Of a DNA stretch of 64,000 bases, positions 63,716-64,000 are shown piece by piece. Both the position numbers and the translations under genes were made by a program. The DNA lies in IMG/VR virus record IMGVR_UViG_3300033804_000036; one strand, 5' to 3'. The DNA comes from a virus (lineage: Duplodnaviria > Heunggongvirae > Uroviricota > Caudoviricetes). The notes beneath the pieces were generated by a model that had not been told where the DNA came from, ran no database searches, and saw only the letters and a program-made list of their open reading frames with translations. Within the stretch, counting starts at the first letter, position 1, and the number at the start of each line of letters is the position of its first letter.

Positions 63716-64000
63716 GTTAATTTGTAATATTTTCTCAAAAAGTTATCTTGTTTCTTTTTCTCTTTTCTGTTCACGTTCTTTCTCCTCCTCCAAATGATTA
63801 CCGAAAGGTCTGCCGCAGGTGGCGCAAGTTAAAATTTCGTATCGCTTTCTCCTGCTCGGTCTGCCTCTCACGGTATCACCCAGGAGATTTGTGCGAATGG
63901 TTCTGTTGATTGAAGATAGGGAATCAATGCGCCTGCTATTAGAAAATCGTATTCAACCTCGAGATCAATGCTTCTTTCAGCAGGCATCATGTAACCGTAG

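Noticed and set aside
1-64000. CRISPR arrays and rRNA genes
   Set aside because: No regularly spaced direct repeats with unique spacers were seen, and no 16S/23S/5S-like segments. The only tandem repeats are the 60-bp coding repeats at 56250-57800 and short duplications.
63720-64000. A further minus-strand gene running off the right end
   Set aside because: No frame runs uninterrupted with a plausible start in the 280 nt available. It was left unannotated.

Overview
This window looks like a large archaeal mobile element, probably a virus, provirus or megaplasmid, followed by flanking DNA with a different organisation. Positions ~530-44,500 carry about 90 short genes, all but one on the + strand. 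Nearly every gene is preceded by the same intergenic unit: stop codon, C-rich/oligo-T tract (CCCTTTTTTCT), then GGGTGAA(A), then ATG a few bases later. There are at least 45 copies. I read the unit as an archaeal oligo-T terminator plus a strong Shine-Dalgarno site (GGTGA pairs with the 16S 3' end), although the T tract could be something else. Recognisable products in this block: sliding clamp PCNA (24891-25637), an AAA+ ATPase, an ATP-dependent DNA ligase, a second RNA-ligase-like nucleotidyltransferase, a Ro60-like TROVE+vWA protein, a nicotinamide phosphoribosyltransferase (NAMPT), an E1-like ThiF enzyme, an HtrA protease, a SAM methyltransferase, an SPFH/NfeD pair, a DUF5131 (Gp37/Gp68) Cys-triad protein, a minimal nucleotidyltransferase, a DUF4326 protein, two free-standing LAGLIDADG endonucleases, winged-helix and RHH regulators, and very many small CxxC zinc-ribbon proteins. 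Positions 44,770-49,590 hold a minus-strand array of about 22 tRNA genes covering about 19 amino acids. Most carry introns, and three HNH endonuclease genes are interleaved with them. A hand fold suggests tRNA-Glu(CTC) is split by a ~490-nt intron that encloses one HNH gene, and tRNA-Gln(CTG) by a ~200-nt intron. After ~49.6 kb the architecture changes: both strands are used, the SD is GGAGG-type, and the motif is absent. That region holds membrane proteins, a GT2 glycosyltransferase, a 782-aa protein built from ~35 imperfect 60-bp tandem repeats, and a nonulosonic-acid cluster (NeuB, NeuC, WbqC, DUF115). No rRNA or CRISPR array was seen. Everything was done by eye from the sequence and the ORF track. 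tRNA folds, introns and protein-family calls need confirming with tRNAscan-SE/Infernal and HMM searches.
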